A program made the position numbers and the translations under genes. From the NCBI RefSeq assembly GCF_001644705.1, contig NZ_CP015137.1:1050001-1082000 (forward strand): a DNA stretch of 32,000 bases, given 5' to 3'. Below the pieces are notes generated by a model that made no database searches, was not told the origin of the DNA, and saw only the letters and a program-made list of their open reading frames with translations. Source of the stretch: Dickeya solani IPO 2222. Lineage in GTDB: Bacteria; Pseudomonadota; Gammaproteobacteria; Enterobacterales; Enterobacteriaceae. Every line of letters starts with the position of its first letter. The first letter of the stretch is position 1. This document shows, in pieces, positions 31,419-32,000 of the stretch.

Positions 31419-32000
31419 TTACTTTTTGAATTTGTCGCACAGCGCCTGCGTGGCGCCGCGGAACACGCCCAGATCGCTGCCCACCGCCACAAAACGCGCG
31501 CCCCACTCCAGATAACGACGGGCATCCGCTTCCACCGGCGCCAGAATGCCGCTCGGTTTGCCGTGGGCGGCGGCGCGTTCGAAGATGTGGCGAATCACTT
31601 TCTGTACTTCCGGGTGATTGGGCTGCCCCAGATACCCCAGCGCGGCCGACAGGTCGCCCGGGCCGACGAAAATACCGTCAACGCCATCCACCGCGGCGAT
31701 CGCGTCCAGGTTGTCCACCCCTTCCTGCGTTTCGATCTGCACCAACACGGTGATGTTGTCGTTAATAGTGGCAAAGTAGTTCGGCTCGGTGCCGTAGGCG
31801 TTGCTGCGGTGTCCAACAGACACGCCGCGAATACCGGCCGGCGGATAACGGGTCGACGCCACGGCGCGGATGGCCTCTTCTTCGCTTTCAACAAACGGGA
31901 TCAGGAAGTTGTAGAAACCGATATCCAGCAAACGTTTGATGATCACCGGCTCATTACAGGGCGGACGCACCACCGGCGCACTGTGGCTGCCTTTCAGCGC
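31419..32000 (-). CDS. garL: 2-dehydro-3-deoxyglucarate (5-keto-4-deoxy-D-glucarate) aldolase; the 5' end runs off the right edge
   Basis: The frame stays open to position 32000. My translation of 31974-32000 gives ALKGSHSAP preceding [29 protein letters not shown]... The C-terminus ..[20 protein letters not shown] is collinear with E. coli GarL as recalled. Confidence 0.95.
   Translation of the reverse strand, partial: ALKGSHSAPVVRPPCNEPVIIKRLLDIGFYNFLIPFVESEEEAIRAVASTRYPPAGIRGVSVGHRSNAYGTEPNYFATINDNITVLVQIETQEGVDNLDAIAAVDGVDGIFVGPGDLSAALGYLGQPNHPEVQKVIRHIFERAAAHGKPSGILAPVEADARRYLEWGARFVAVGSDLGVFRGATQALCDKFKK

Overview
No convincing undescribed multi-gene system is present; the window is chromosomal backbone from a GC-rich enterobacterium. 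The rhiT/rhiN-like pair points to Pectobacteriaceae, most likely Dickeya, by inference. Gene order follows the E. coli K-12 cysC-to-barA segment as I recall it. On the minus strand lie cysJIH, cysG and cysDNC (cysC cut by the left edge). Then come queD (+) and queE (-). A ~7.9 kb lineage-specific block follows: an exported MBL-fold hydrolase, a GH105 hydrolase with a GPH transporter (rhiN/rhiT-like), and a TonB-dependent receptor with an orphan periplasmic binding protein. After it come eno, pyrG, mazG, relA and rlmD (all minus), barA (+), and garK-garR-garL (minus, garL cut by the right edge). That is 22 CDS, all with recognisable families. I saw no rRNA, tRNA, CRISPR array, IS, integrase or phage genes. 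Non-coding structure includes several clear intrinsic terminators. A 147-bp ERIC/IRU-like imperfect palindrome sits exactly where E. coli has mazEF. A ~160-bp imperfect palindrome fills an unusually long garR-garK spacer. The best leads are modest: the receptor plus binding-protein operon with no permease or ATPase, the exported MBL hydrolase, and the two palindromic elements. The long ORFs antisense to called genes that I checked are codon-aligned shadow frames, not genes.
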